DNA from: Diadema setosum
Taxonomy: Eukaryota
Assembly: GCF_964275005.1 (NCBI RefSeq)
Contig: NC_092705.1
Span: forward strand, 4,030,001-4,092,000
DNA length: 62,000 nucleotides
Direction of reading: 5' to 3'
In this document: one piece after another, positions 34,710 to 47,805 of the stretch
How the letters are laid out: each line of letters opens with the position of its first letter
How positions within the stretch are numbered: position 1 is the first letter of the stretch
Translations under genes and position numbers: made by a program
The notes under the pieces: generated by a model
Seen by the model: only the letters and a program-made list of their open reading frames with translations
The model's database searches: none
Told to the model about the DNA's origin: nothing

Positions 34710-36949
34710 TCCACATTAAAAAACAAACAAAAACAATAACAGAAGAAAAAACTGTACATCACTGGAGCGAGTTATCGAAATCGTGTCAACAAACGGATAC
34801 AAATTATGACTGTTATATACACGCATAATGATTATTATTCTGCTAGAGTTGTGTGTGTGTGTGTTTTTTTTTTTGTAACAATGAGGCGAAAGGAAAGAGG
34901 GCGATAGTTTGTATCTTTTTTTTCTCGAGAAAAATAAATAATTCCTCAGACAAAGGTCACCTTTTAGATGCAGTACTAAACATGAATATATAATCCAGCT
35001 TTACATTTTTCACACAAAAGCGATAACATGGCTATAAGCATTTTTTTTTTTTACAAATAAATACATAACAGATATTGACGATACTTTAGAATATGATCAC
35101 ACTTGCAACATACAAATAGAACTACACTTTTATATACAACCACGACGCTCTGACACAAGTCTTCAAAAAATGTTAGAGGTCTATGTATGCGTGACATGAT
35201 GAAGAAAAAGAAGCAGAAAAAGAAATAATTATAGTTATGATAGCGCTGTGCAATATTTCAAATGGTACAAAATGTATATATATAACGTAGAAGCTGTACC
35301 TTTCTTCCTGCGTCATCCAAATGAGGCGAAGGCAAATGCTTAGTTTACAAAATTCCACAGCTTGATAGAAAATCGCCCTGACTACCTGCGGACAACTTCT
35401 TCCCAAGTTGAGCAACTGACGCATTTAAATGTTACACAAACGTGTACATATTTTGCGTAACGAAGGTTACCATGAAAATCCCAAAGTTTTTGTTGAAACT
35501 AACTTGCGTACACTGTGAATACAGCACTCTGAAACCAGTTTAGCGTGTCCAACTTTCAATTTTCCAGTTCGCAGTATGAGGGCAAATACTTAATAATACC
35601 AAAATTATTTGTCATTCAATATCGGAGAATATAACATATGCAACGATGACTGTGCTCTTCTTCCAAAATACTCAAAACAGAAACCCTGGGGATGAGGTTG
35701 CCTTGAATACACTGAATACATTTCAAGGGTGTCTCAAATCTTTTTAAATTTTGACTGAGCAGTATAACAACCCTAATAGACATAATTATCCCACTATAGT
35801 CCTCATTCACAAGAATGTCTCCTTTGTCGCATATATTATTAATTCGCCCCAATGGTTGTAACGCAGACGACGCAAGGGGCGGTAAAGCATTTCTACAAAC
35901 TGTAACATTTTTTTTTTTCGCCGACATATTTATCATTATGTGTGACGTATACAATTCTTCTATCTCATAACGTTTTGTTATGTCTACAGTTGTTTTGTGA
36001 ACTATGATCTTCGTTAGATTGTGAATGTTCTTAAGTAACAAGGTGTCAATTAAACAACTGCTAAATGAATTAAAGAATAAATAAACAAAGCATGTCTGTC
36101 ACATTGTATCTCGTCAGCTGCCAAAAACATTGATTTGACGTTAAACCCGTAATAGGTCAGGGGCAAAATTACCGCATTAGATATCTGAATATTCAAGTAT
36201 AATCCCATGAAAATATTTACGAAAATAACTTCTCTCCTATACAGCCGTCCTTGTTGTTCACACAAATTACAGCTAGATAAAAGAGATATTGATTTAATCT
36301 GGGCTGCTGCCATCAAAAAAAAAAAAAAAAATTCAAATGCATTCTTCCTATTATAACGTAAACATGTGGTGGAATAATGATCCGGACTTAGTACCGTCTG
36401 AGGCAAATATTAAGAGATAGCAGATCAGTCTTTCACTACATACAGTACTGTGCATCAAATAGAGAACGATTACGTAATTTCGCATCATTGTCACCACGTG
36501 ATCAATATGCATGCTAATGATTACTTCAAAAATTCAAGCAATGCACATTCATGATACAAGCCAAAGAGTCATCACGGTATAATCGGTATAATCAGAATTA
36601 TCAGAATTTGAGCAATAATGACGACACTGGTGATAAAAGTTACATTACAAATTACATTTAACACGATGGAAAAAGTAAGAATTCGGGTAGAATATATGAA
36701 CATGACTACAAACGCTGGTATTTTCAGTGTGAAGAGAAGGGATGTTATTATTAATGTATTTTATTTTAGCCTTTTTGTTATACACATATTGTTTTCGTGG
36801 TTTCGTGTTCATGGAAAAGAAAGCAAACTTCTTGAAATTTCCTTCCTTTCTATTTTTCACTCTATCGGACGGTTTGCTTACGCGGATTTGGGGTCTTTAT
36901 GCTAAACTCACCAACAAACAAGACAGGATTTTTCTCCATATAATCATTC

Positions 36950-37157
36950 CTAATAAGGCAGAGCTGGTATGCATCGGACATACTGTGTACCTGCACTCGA
37001 CAGGAGAACCAAACCAAAGTAGGAGTTTTGCTGGTCGATGTTGTAATAAGCGTGTAATCTTCCAGATGAAAAGGATGGTCGAACGCCCAGTTCGTCAAAC
37101 TTTTCCAAGAAAAACACACCCGCTATGTGTTTGGAGTCTCTTGCATGAGTACCATTC
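36950..37157 (-). CDS. TNFSF: TNFSF coding exon 6 (strands F-H + C-terminal tail, stop TAG)
   Basis: ttttctcatttaaatag acceptor; RDSKHIAGVFFLEKFDELGVRP...NSYFGLVLLSSAGTQYVRCIPALPY*. Confidence 0.93.
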
Positions 37158-40100
37158 CTATTTAAATGAGAAAACAAACAAACAAAACGAACAGATGAGC
37201 AAAAACGAGATTATACAGAGCTATAAGGCTGGCTTAAAGGTGAAAACATAGTTCTCCTTATGTCTGCAGCGGTATTTGCTCCTGCAACAATTGATGCTGT
37301 CTTATTTCCTCCAAGGACTTAGGGTTAGGATAAGGGTTGTGGTAGGGTTTCAGGTACAGTTTGATATGAGGATTAGAATTGGGGTTGGGGTTATGTTTGT
37401 GGGTAGAATTTATGTTATTAATTCATGTTGGCTCATAAGCGTGCAGATTCAAGGGAACAATTGACGCAGGAACAAATGTCATGGAACGGTCTACAGAACT
37501 GTCGATTTTTGCTCTAGAATGCACAAATAATATGCATAATTGAAGAAGGTTTGCCAGAAGGACTAGTTTCAGAGCATACCCAATCGTAGTTGCTTCGTAA
37601 ATTTTGTAATCGATTATCAATGAGCGGACAAAAATCGGATATTTTGTGCATTTAGAAGACATTATGATACTATTAAAACATAGTTTGGCAATCATACATA
37701 ATTATTAACTATCCGCAACAAAAATGAATATGAACTTTGCAATATCGATGTAGCTGCAAAATTATTTGGAGAAGAGGATGTCTTTTTTCCCTCTCTCCTT
37801 CTTTTGATTAGGAAAATCGAAGATTGCACTGGCCAGTGAGAGGCTTTACTGCTAGTAAGAATGGTGATGGCAACACCATCTTGATTTCTCTGCACAATTT
37901 GTTTAAATAATAAAAAAAAAACAACTTTGTGAAAACATGTGCTTATCTGTGATGCCATGACATTCTTGGCCTTTGTACAGTGTCCAGGGATCTTTCATTG
38001 TTCTGCTAATTTAGTACCACTCTATCTATTTAAGTCCAACTTGTCCCTGGATTGGAGTTAACACTTATACCCCGGATTCATTTTACGCGTCAATAAACCA
38101 GTCATTTACGGCAATAATTACGATGCACACTGGACATAGCAACTGCGTCCTCACCATAAAGCCAGTGACGTTATCCGAAATGAATCTGATATGACTGTAT
38201 CTAAAAGTATCCCCAGAACCAAATTGCTACATTCACTCGTGTGATAATTGGAAATATGTAGCATTTCAAAACATCTCACATCATATCATTTCGACACCGT
38301 GAGATTCATTTAACGAAATGAAAGCATCTTAGTCTATTTTGTAACTATAACTATTTTTTATTTTACACTCATTTCCAACAATGAATGGGAGTACTTCGAG
38401 CTACTTCAGGTAGCTTTAATATCATAGTGCATGATACGGTAATGTATTGAGTGCTATATCCAGGGTGCAGTCGCGTGTACAATTAACAATATCATTGGTC
38501 CTTTATCGGCGGGATATAATAAGCCAGTTCACACTGTCACTCACAGTTAGCACCAGTCTGCAATGAACCACAGACTTTACAAAACATGGAATTGTCATTA
38601 AGAAGAGCAGTTGAGCACAGCAAAGCAGAAAGTGGTAATTCACATGCAAGTGCTGCACGAAAGCCTCTTGTTGATTTGGTTGAAAAGAATGCACATCCAC
38701 CTGTACATTCCAATATGCAACTGGTTCATACATTGATAACACAGTCTTCATGAAGACTATCCATTTTTTTTAATAATATCTCAGTGACACTCCACTCAAG
38801 AGAAGGTCTGCAATGACCTTTATCTGCACATGCTCAGATTGTAACTGTGAACTGGCTTATTGCCGAAGAGGTCACCATTTAAGTTTACTCACTGTGTAGC
38901 CTCGCTCTTCATCAGTTCAACCTCCGACGCCGTCCCGCACGCCCCATTCCGCACAATGCGGTGGCCCACATACATTTGCGGACTCTCGTTGCCACCTACG
39001 GTGACCTGGCTATAGATGAAATAGTACCCCGACACCGGTACAATTAGTTTCGTGTCTTGTCTCATCTGCATTCCACGCTTGTGTGCCCCGTTTGCCCTAG
39101 ATGACCACCGGAACCATTCGCCTGCAGCGAAAGAAATGTTATTACATGATAGTTAAAAACCAGTTGAAAGTTATACTCTAAGAATAAAGAGTTTAGTGCA
39201 TCAGTGAAGACTTGATAAAAATGGGATAAAATTAGGGAAGTTATTGAAATTTTCACATCTTGCAGTTCTGGAAATGGTGATATGAATAAAATTAATATGA
39301 TTGAGCTGATATTGATGTCACCTCACAATATCCATTGATTGTGTATAAAATAAAAACATCAAAAATTCAATATTTCTGCGATCAATTAGTGTTAAATAAA
39401 ATATCGTTCCTGGCTGAAAAATTCCATAAAAATAGTAAATCTACATAATAGTTAGGATTTGAGACTGGGAAATAATTGTGTTTGAACAAAAAACAAAAAA
39501 CAAACTTGAAATTTCAAGAATCTGTGTACAAACTATTATAGTGTAAGTTGTGAGGGGATGACGTCATTAACTAACTCCTTAGGATATTCAATTGGCTGTT
39601 CGAGAAGTGTTTTGTGAAAATTAGCCAAGCCTCAATACAGTCCGGACAAAATGGAATGAAATGCATGTTCATGAAACTTCAATCCCGACAGACAGATGAT
39701 AATACTACTGTATACTGATATGACTCCGTGACTGAGATTATACATTACCAGATTGCCATGATGAGATCACAGGAAAATCATGTTGTTGTTCACAACCGTA
39801 GAAAAATACTTTGTATTAATGGTATTCTTTGTCTGAATTTCATTCAATATCAGGTTCTTTTTCACAATAATACTACTTCAAACAATAAGCAGCTGTTCTT
39901 CTAACTTGTGCTGCTGAATCACATTCTTTTTTAAAACATACAATAACTTTTTTATTCAAAATTAATCAAACTATGTATACAAAAGTAAAATTGCGCATAA
40001 ATCACAGAAAAAAAAACTACACACACACACACTTTTTTTCAGTAATCTTTATTTGATATCTATACTTTTTTATAACGAAGAATTCATCTTGAATGTATGT

Positions 40101-43100
40101 AACAATACTCAATCAAGAATGATTAATCAAACAAAACAAACACACACACACAATAAAAATATATGACCGATTTTGTGGAATGTGTAGAATTATGAGCTTA
40201 CTTGCTCCATAGCTTGTAGCAGAGCGCGAAACCGCCTGAGTTGCTGGAACCAAATGCGACGTTATGTGGCCAGGCTCGACGTGTCCTGCTATAGAATACA
40301 GAGAGAAATCAAAACTTAAGCTACATAACAACAAAAACAGCAATGACTTAATGTAAGAGAGAGAGAGAGAGAGAGAGAGAAACAGACACACTAGGAAAGA
40401 GAGAAATATAAATTATAATTATCATTGAATTTCTATCATTATCACCAATATTGTTATTAGTAGGGGTAGGTTCTATTATCTTTATCTTAAGTAGTTATCA
40501 CATTATCAATGTTATTGTTGCTGCTGTTATCATTATCATAATTATCATCATCATTATCATCATCATTATTATCAATACTACTACAATCATCACTATTAGT
40601 AATATCACCACCAAAGTTCTCTTTGATAACAATAACCATACGATAAGGAAAGTCTTAGGGTGACATGTCTTTCCCCGTGAATGCTGGGTTAAAAAAAAAA
40701 AAAAGTACCAAGGTACCATGATTTCCCCAATGGCAAAAAAAAAAAAAAAAAAAAAAAAAAAACTTTACCTCTGGAAGGCATTTGATGGCTCTGATGACCG
40801 TGCCTGGACAAGTGACCGCCAACAGATCTCCTCCCTGTATTTAAAACAAACAAACAAACAAACACATAAGTAAGTTTTAAATAAGAGCTACTTCGGAAAC
40901 ATTCCAGCTTGTAACAACGATAACAACAAGAACAACAGCATCAACAACTGCAATAATTACTACCACTACTGCTGCTACTACAACTACTAGCAGTAGTATT
41001 AGTAGTAGTAATTATGATGTTAATTTCACTGTGTAAGTGTTCCACTACGAATTCATAATTGTATAGAGACTCTCCAGCTAAGTGTTGCCTTTGCTGTAAC
41101 TTAATGTGATACTTCCATTAAGCTACTTTGGATTTCAAAATAACTAAATGAACTGCGAGAGTCATCCGGTCATAACCCGAAGTAACTTGAAATTTACGTG
41201 AAAAGGCATGAAATAACGTTAAGACAGAGAAAATCTGAACATTTTCTTCAGTAAAATTTGATGTACAGCACCCTGCATGTGTACGATCATTTTCGTTATA
41301 ACTGAAGAATTTTATCGTAAAAGGAGCGAACTCCATTCTGATTAAGCTGAGATAGTTGCAACTGAAGCTGCTAAAAACAAGGACAAAAAACTACAAAAAA
41401 GCCACATTGAAAATACTAAGAAAATACGGAATCCTTTTAATTATGACTTCAAAAATCATAGGCCTACTTGTTATTCTACAAGTGGGTATCACTAGAAAGG
41501 TTTTATTTTGTTCTATATAATGACGGTCTTACTTTAAGATGTTTAGAAATGGCGCTTACTCCATTTTGCGGTTAAACTCTTAAATTGTTTTGACCTAAAA
41601 TAGAAATTAAGAAAAGAATGTTGAGAAATAAAAATTGTAAAGGGGATATTTATAATCTGAAGCCTACCTCTTCTTCCGTGATCGTCGTTATCATGAATTC
41701 CTCTGTCGGTGTCTGTCTCCATGTAGTCGTAGTCCTGCGTGCAGGAATAAAAACGATTCAACATTTAAAGTGATTTTGATAGAATAATAACTATCATAAT
41801 ATCATGAAAGGTGTATCTCTTCCAACTCTAGGTATTTTCTACGCTATACCATAGGAGTGTCCTCCCTGATCTGGAGAAACTGTAATCTAAAAAGTTTTGG
41901 AACTTTGTGGCATTTCCTCGTTAGTAGCTCTGTTGCTGCTCTGTTTCTTCATCAAAATAGTAGAACATAGGATGCAATTATGATTTCGATACGTTTGTGC
42001 TGCCCAACACATACGTGATGATCCCTTTTAAGCATTCATTGTACATGTCCTTTTTTCAGGAAATACGAATGTATAAAACAAACAACTGACACTCCTTCCT
42101 CCGTCACCCCCCCCCCCCAAACAAAAAAAAAAAAAAACACTGCATAATCGTAAAAGATGCTGGTCTCTAAGGAGCTCACTTTGGCTCTATTACGTCGAAA
42201 AGTACAAACAACAACGAAGCTTTACAACGTCTAAATCCCAAAGAAACTTATGTTTGAAATTTGCAACACCAGTATCCTTATTATTAGTAGTACTTCCTTT
42301 TTTTTCCAGCTCTACCCTGCCCCTGAGTCTCCATCGGAGCCACCGGAGCAACTTTGAACAACTTTGTCTTAACTTATCACTATAAACATTTATTATTGAA
42401 AATTGGTGAAAATCTGACTGTATCTCTAATCTTCTGGTGAACGGAACGAAGATCAGACCTGCCCGTTGAGAGAAGTTATCCTTAACAGCGCCCTTACAAG
42501 GCAATTTTGCGAGTGGATCTACTTTGCGCCCACGGACTGTGAATGAACGCCCGACACTTTTCAAGATAGTTTACTCATGTAACCGTTCTTTGTTTTCACA
42601 GCGAAACAAAATACTAAAATAAATGCATGTACGATTTGGAGAGAGATCTGGGATTGAAATTTTGCTTTTTGTGAATTTATGAGATTAATTGTAACATTTG
42701 ATAAACCTTGACATGGAAATGGAATGCCTACTACTCTGCAGTTCAAACTACCTTTCATGAGATTCTGAAGACTGAATCAGAATAGAAGTACTGAAGTTCC
42801 TTATCAAAGTTAAGGAACTTAAGGGACTGTAAGAAATTATCTACATGAACTTTTTTAAAGGCCCACTGTGTACTTTACTATTTAGCTATTTCAATATTCT
42901 TCAAAATGATGTCCTTTGTGCATAAATTAGAGCATAATTCAATGTGCAAAAAAAAAAAAAAACTTAAGCAGTTTTTTTTTTTCACTTCAAACTCCTCAGT
43001 TTAGTCAACATCCACTATGCCGAATAACCATCTTGAAAAATCCAAAATCTTCATAGCTCAAAATTCAATAGAACATCAAACGTTGATGTCAAACATCATA

Positions 43101-44343
43101 GTCAATATTGACTGAACACTTGACGGTGAGACATTCTAGATCAAGCACCATGAGCGCTCTTCACCTATACCTATACAAGACGCCACCACCATTAATCATT
43201 ACCATCAGATATATAGGCTCCCACATCGTGAATACATATTTTCTAAAGCACGTATTATATTTAATGAATATTTTGCCGATTATCTACGCCAACACATTAA
43301 ATTTTGTTACAAGGTGCATTGACAATGGACTGCAGTATTCAGTACTGTTGAACTAATCTATTAAAACGTGTTCCGACGTTTTCGTTTCTGCCTGAGATTT
43401 GTCAACTTTTGTGTGTACAGTTTAGAGAGCATTTAGAGAGTGTGTACAGTATTAGAGAGAATAAGCGGCGGAGGACCGATGATTAAATCCTATAATAATC
43501 AAATCAAATCAAACTATTACTATGCCGCTGATGGTGGCTTGGAACTTGTTCCTTGCTACTTACAGCCATGTGTAATGCTCATGACAATGCTTCACATTTT
43601 GAGCCAGTATTAACTTTGTGGACCAATAATGGGCAGGTAAGTCCCATACCTATACCCACATCTAGACACGGGTTCAAACATTGCATGTGCCTCCATGTCA
43701 CGTATACAGCGATCTCAAGTTATCGTACCTTTGTCCTCCGCTTTGAACGTGACAATAATGTACTACAGTATTTGCATTGCCACCTTGAAACTCACAGAGG
43801 GAAAGGCAATAATTCCCTTATCCCATTGCCCCCCCCCCCCCCTCCCCACCTCCGCCTCCTCCTCCCCCACACCCCTCCGTCAAACCCGGAACATGGCAAC
43901 TTCGTTTTTCGAACTCCTCCCCCCTCAAACTGAATCGTTGCACATTGTGTTCTGTGCTGCTACCTGCTATAACACTTTGACAATTCGCTCACCTGGTTTC
44001 CGGGTCTGTACGATGCTACCTCAGTGGAGTCCCAAGGGTCCATTGGGCCGGCGTCCGCAACGACCACATTCAGCTCCGATTGCAGGTCGTATATTTGTTT
44101 CTGCATACAGGCCATTTTGGTGTACAGGAGAGCGAAGCCCGCGCAGACGGCTATCGCCAGAATGAAGTACGCCAGAGTACGTCCGGCCCCGCTCGATCCG
44201 CTCTCGCGATTTCTTCCGACGAAGTACGGCAGTCGCCCGTTTGAGGCAGTCGTCTGGAATTGGATGGACTTGTGGCAAGGAATGTCCACGATCGCTGAAG
44301 ATTGTGGCGGGATCAGTGACGCCGTGTCCTGCTTGGATTCCAT
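36950..44343 (-). CDS. TNFSF: TNF superfamily ligand, type II membrane protein, 335 aa; complement(join(36950..37157,38893..39121,40202..40288,40769..40834,41668..41734,43993..44343))
   Basis: Five GT-AG introns with matching phases; 1008 nt. Single TM (LAYFILAIAVCAGFALLY), heptad-like stalk, RGRR|S furin site. TNF homology domain strands: ITSHLVP, WFRWS, KLIVPVSGYYFIYSQVTV (TNF signature), ELMKS, SKHIAGVFFLEKFDELGV, NSYFGLVLL. Symbol is family-level only. Confidence 0.92.
37270..37487. mobile_element. MITE with degenerate ttaggg-like interior
   Basis: atttgctcctgcaacaattg / caattgacgcaggaacaaat inverted ends. Confidence 0.6.
38893..39121 (-). CDS. TNFSF: TNFSF coding exon 5 (strands A'-E)
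   Basis: ctgcag acceptor; EWFRWSS...KLIVPVSGYYFIYSQVTV...ELMKSEAT; ca|gtgagt donor. Confidence 0.95.
39160..39680 (+). mobile_element. Dispersed repeat, same family as 59660-60240
   Basis: Shared aggatttgagactggg and agttgtgaggggatgac(g/a)tcat blocks in the same order. Confidence 0.6.
40202..40288 (-). CDS. TNFSF: TNFSF coding exon 4 (strand A, ITSHLVP)
   Basis: tctatag|cag tandem acceptor, a|gtaagc donor, phase 1-1. Confidence 0.85.
40769..40834 (-). CDS. TNFSF: TNFSF coding exon 3 (GRRSVGGHLSRHGHQSHQMPSR; completes furin site)
   Basis: tttaaatacag acceptor, ag|gtaaag donor, 66 nt, phase 1-1. Confidence 0.8.
41668..41734 (-). CDS. TNFSF: TNFSF coding exon 2 (DYDYMETDTDRGIHDNDDHGRR)
   Basis: ttttattcctgcacgcag acceptor, ag|gtaggc donor, phase 0-1. 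Confidence 0.8.
43993..44343 (-). CDS. TNFSF: TNFSF coding exon 1 (cytoplasmic tail, TM, stalk)
   Basis: ATG in actATGg context; upstream acceptor ttttcag| (exon begins 44388); donor cag|gtgagc. Confidence 0.88.
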
Positions 44344-47300
44344 AGTGGATTTGTCGTCTTCAATGCCGATTCGCAGGATCAGGATAAGCTGAAAATTGAC
44401 GCGGGAAAGAAAGGATTTTGTTGTTGTGTTGTTGTATACGTAATATTCGTAGTGAGAGGAAAATGTGTCGTCTGCTGAAAACTTGCTTCACATTGAGTGC
44501 ACAATTTGGAATAATTCAGCCTCGATGTTCTGCTTCTCAACACAGTGGCTGGAAATCAGAAAGACCTGGCGAATATTTCAACAAACATGCAAACAGGTGA
44601 GTGACAGTGTCCTTAAAAAAAAAATCACATCTATCCCGATTAAGTTGTAACAACAGCCACTCCTGCATCCTAAACAAGACGGCGCCGCTGTTATACGCCT
44701 ATCTCTGGCCAGCGATCCGCCTTGGTTGATGGTGAGAGCCTGTATGGTTCCAGCGTAGGAGCAGAATTTAGCTATGTTTGATCATAGCTGCAATCAAATA
44801 GAACTTTACTACGTCTCTTCCCACCTCCCTGGTCTGTCTAATGTCTATCATCGTAGGCGTGTTTTGTTTCTTTTTTTAAGCCAGGGCCCCTGAACGCGCA
44901 CAGTCTCCGCTCTCGTTGAGCGTGCGAACTTTGACACGATTTCACGCTCATGTTTGGAACACTCTGCACCAATGCAGTGGGCAATCACACGCATCAGTCA
45001 ACAGAACGAAAAGATTGTTACTGAACTGGTATTCGTGCAACGAGCGAATTTACCGCTCGTTAAATGGTGCATGATACCATGTAGTTGATGACACAAAATG
45101 ATACACAACCCATTTATCTTACCTGCCTATACTACACCATCTGCCCTGCCATATATCAATCATGTAGAAAAAACTTCCGGAGAAATAAAACTCAGAAGCT
45201 TTTTTTTTTTTTTTTTTTAAATCTTGTTCCGCGATATTTGCATAAAGAAATAGTGAAAAAGCTAAGCGGGAGGTCTCTCAAAGTTTCTACATCAGTGGTC
45301 TCTTTCACACAAAATATTCCAAAAACCATTGGCCCCTATGTGCGTGTCCATTAGGACAGATCAAACCTAGAGCTATTGATGCAATATACAATGTAGTTTA
45401 AAAGGGAAAAGAGAGTCAGGCACCCAAGCCTCACCCAGAACTTTAAAAATCAACCGCGCTTAACAGACTGTTCAATATTTTCCTAGTTTCTGTAATCATG
45501 TCTAGTAGTTACAGTAATTTATAAATGTTGCTGTGTCTGAAATCAATGTAGAATGTCAAACAAAATGTTTAAAGAAAACTCTACAGATTCAGAAAAAAAA
45601 AATGCACAAATGTGTCAAAATAGAAGGATTATAGAACGGAACTTATCAAAGCGGTTTGAATAATTCATAATGCATCAGGATATTCCGGATACACCATTCA
45701 TGCTTGGTGAGAGCAAATGAAAAAGAAGAAAAAAAAAGAAAAAACAAACAAACAAACAAACAGATGCCCTTCCGGTTTGAAATAGAATGAGTGAAATACA
45801 GTTTGTTTCCTGGGATTTGGACTGGAGTACGCAATGCACTCGAAGAGGTACCGGTTCCACGCGTGACTGGTAGTCGTTGCCATGGTTACTCTTCCCTGAT
45901 ACGTCGATGCTATGCCAAGGTATAGTGTTGGTTTATACACTGTCTGTCAGTGATGATTTAGCCCGTAGACTCCCCATAGTCATAAATCCCCTTGCCACAG
46001 ACAAGCAAACTGGCGGAAGATCAACATGCCATTTGTTCGTCTTCGTTATATGCTGCGATTGAGATACAGACAGAGAGATGGGGGGGGGGGGGGAATGGTA
46101 GCAGAAAGATTGGACGGAGGCCTCTCTTTTTGCATTAAAAAAAAAATCCCGAAGAACGGTCTAAGCTATCGCCGTTTGTGCGTATATGATATTCTTTACG
46201 CAGTATTTGTTTTATTCATGCATTTCGCCGCACCCACTTGCCTTCAGATCAGAATTTAACGGCAATCGAAAGTGTGGAGTGACTGGACTATAATCACAGA
46301 ATGTAAAGTACCAAGCAATAGAACTAAGATCCAAGCGAGATGGTGCAAGAGTTTGGGAAAATCTTGACGTTTGTTTCAATCTATTACTGAATAAAACATT
46401 TCTTTTCCAAAATCATAATTCAAATGGCAACCTCGGTTTCGTCACATTTCCTCTCACGAAATTACTCTTATTACCTCTTACGTCAGAGTACCTCGGCTAC
46501 GTAATATTATACTAACTATAATATGCATGAAAACATTGCCTTCAAGTAAGCTGTAGTATGCAATTGTGTAAATGAGTGAATACACAAAGGGTCACGAATT
46601 AAAGGTGGCCATATAGGTGTTGAAAACCTGAAGCCATTAAAATGATTTACATCTTCAATTAATTTTGTCTCGTCGGTCCCAATGTCCGTCTGTGATCAAG
46701 AATGACTTTTCTTACTTTTTTTTCCCCCTGTAAATCCTCTTGCTATGATAGATGTAGTCTGCTTTGAATAAAGAAGAATACTTAGAATTAGATTTATATG
46801 CAGCGTAATGTATACAATGTATACAAAGATAGATGAACAGAATGTCAATGCAGTTCTCTTTCCCCCGCAGAGGTGAACAGTTATGATATGCACACCCCCG
46901 TGAAAGAAAAAAAAAAGACAATGATAAATGCATTATGATTTTAAAATCATTGAACTATTAGCTCCATGATTCAACCCCCGGAGCTGAACGCGTTGTGTCA
47001 ACACTCTCCTGAACTCACCGCAAAATTATCACGTGATATTTGTTTTCACCCCACTGAATTCTATTTTACATGTTAATCCACGCATTGACGCCTTAAACCT
47101 CCCCGTCTGGAGGGGCTTGTCAAGCAAAGAAACCTAGAAGCCTGATTTGATTAGACTTGGTAAGATGTCTGCCCATTTCTACTTTCATGTAGCTTTGGGA
47201 TAGAAGATAATTGTTTGTTTGTTTGTTTGTTTGTTTGTTTGTTTGTTTGTGTGGGTTTTTTTTTTTGAGGGTTGGAAGGAGGATATGGGGGGGGGGGCTA

Positions 47301-47445
47301 GGTTCTTTTTTTTTCAAACGACGTGATTAGTTGAATTTGCATTCACTCCCCCAAAAAGTATGAGATTTTATCTATTCTCTTGGCTGTGTTGGGAGTGTTA
47401 CCAATGACACTTTTCCGTTCAAATATGCTGAAATGGAATACAACT

Positions 47446-47586
47446 GGAGGGCATTTCTTATGAAACGTTTTGGTCGGATATTTTTCTGACAAACTGTTAC
47501 AAGATACTGAAATCCTTACATCTGATAGGCTGAGAGCAAATTTGTCAGACAACTTTGTCGGACAAAATGCTTCATGAAATGCCCCC
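47446..47586. mobile_element. Short MITE (GGGCATTTC..GAAATGCCC termini)
   Basis: gggcatttcttatgaaacgtttt / aaaatgcttcatgaaatgccc; inner tctgacaaa / tttgtcaga. Confidence 0.7.
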
Positions 47587-47719
47587 CCCCCCCCCAATGA
47601 AATTAGTTACGGTAGATAGAATCCCGCTATAAGGATGTTGCAACTTTCCTCCGTCGCCCCCTTTTTTTTTTCCTCATTCTTACATCATGACTGAATGATA
47701 TTGGTTTTATGGTTCACCA

Positions 47720-47805
47720 CTGTGTCTAAGTGGATACGACTCAGGATTCTCAGTTGTGAGGTCTCATGGTTCGAGTCCTCTGTGAGCAGCACTTGTGTTC
47801 TTGAT
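47720..47805 (+). mobile_element. Degenerate tRNA-derived SINE head
   Basis: gtctaagtggata (A-box like) ... ggttcgagtcc (B box). Confidence 0.5.

Noticed and set aside
37319..37395. Interstitial telomere
   Set aside because: Only degenerate ttaggg-like units inside a TIR-bounded MITE.
42190..42564. Histone H2A-like SQRAGL in a - strand ORF
   Set aside because: Six-residue match only; the flanks do not follow H2A; it lies in a TNFSF intron.
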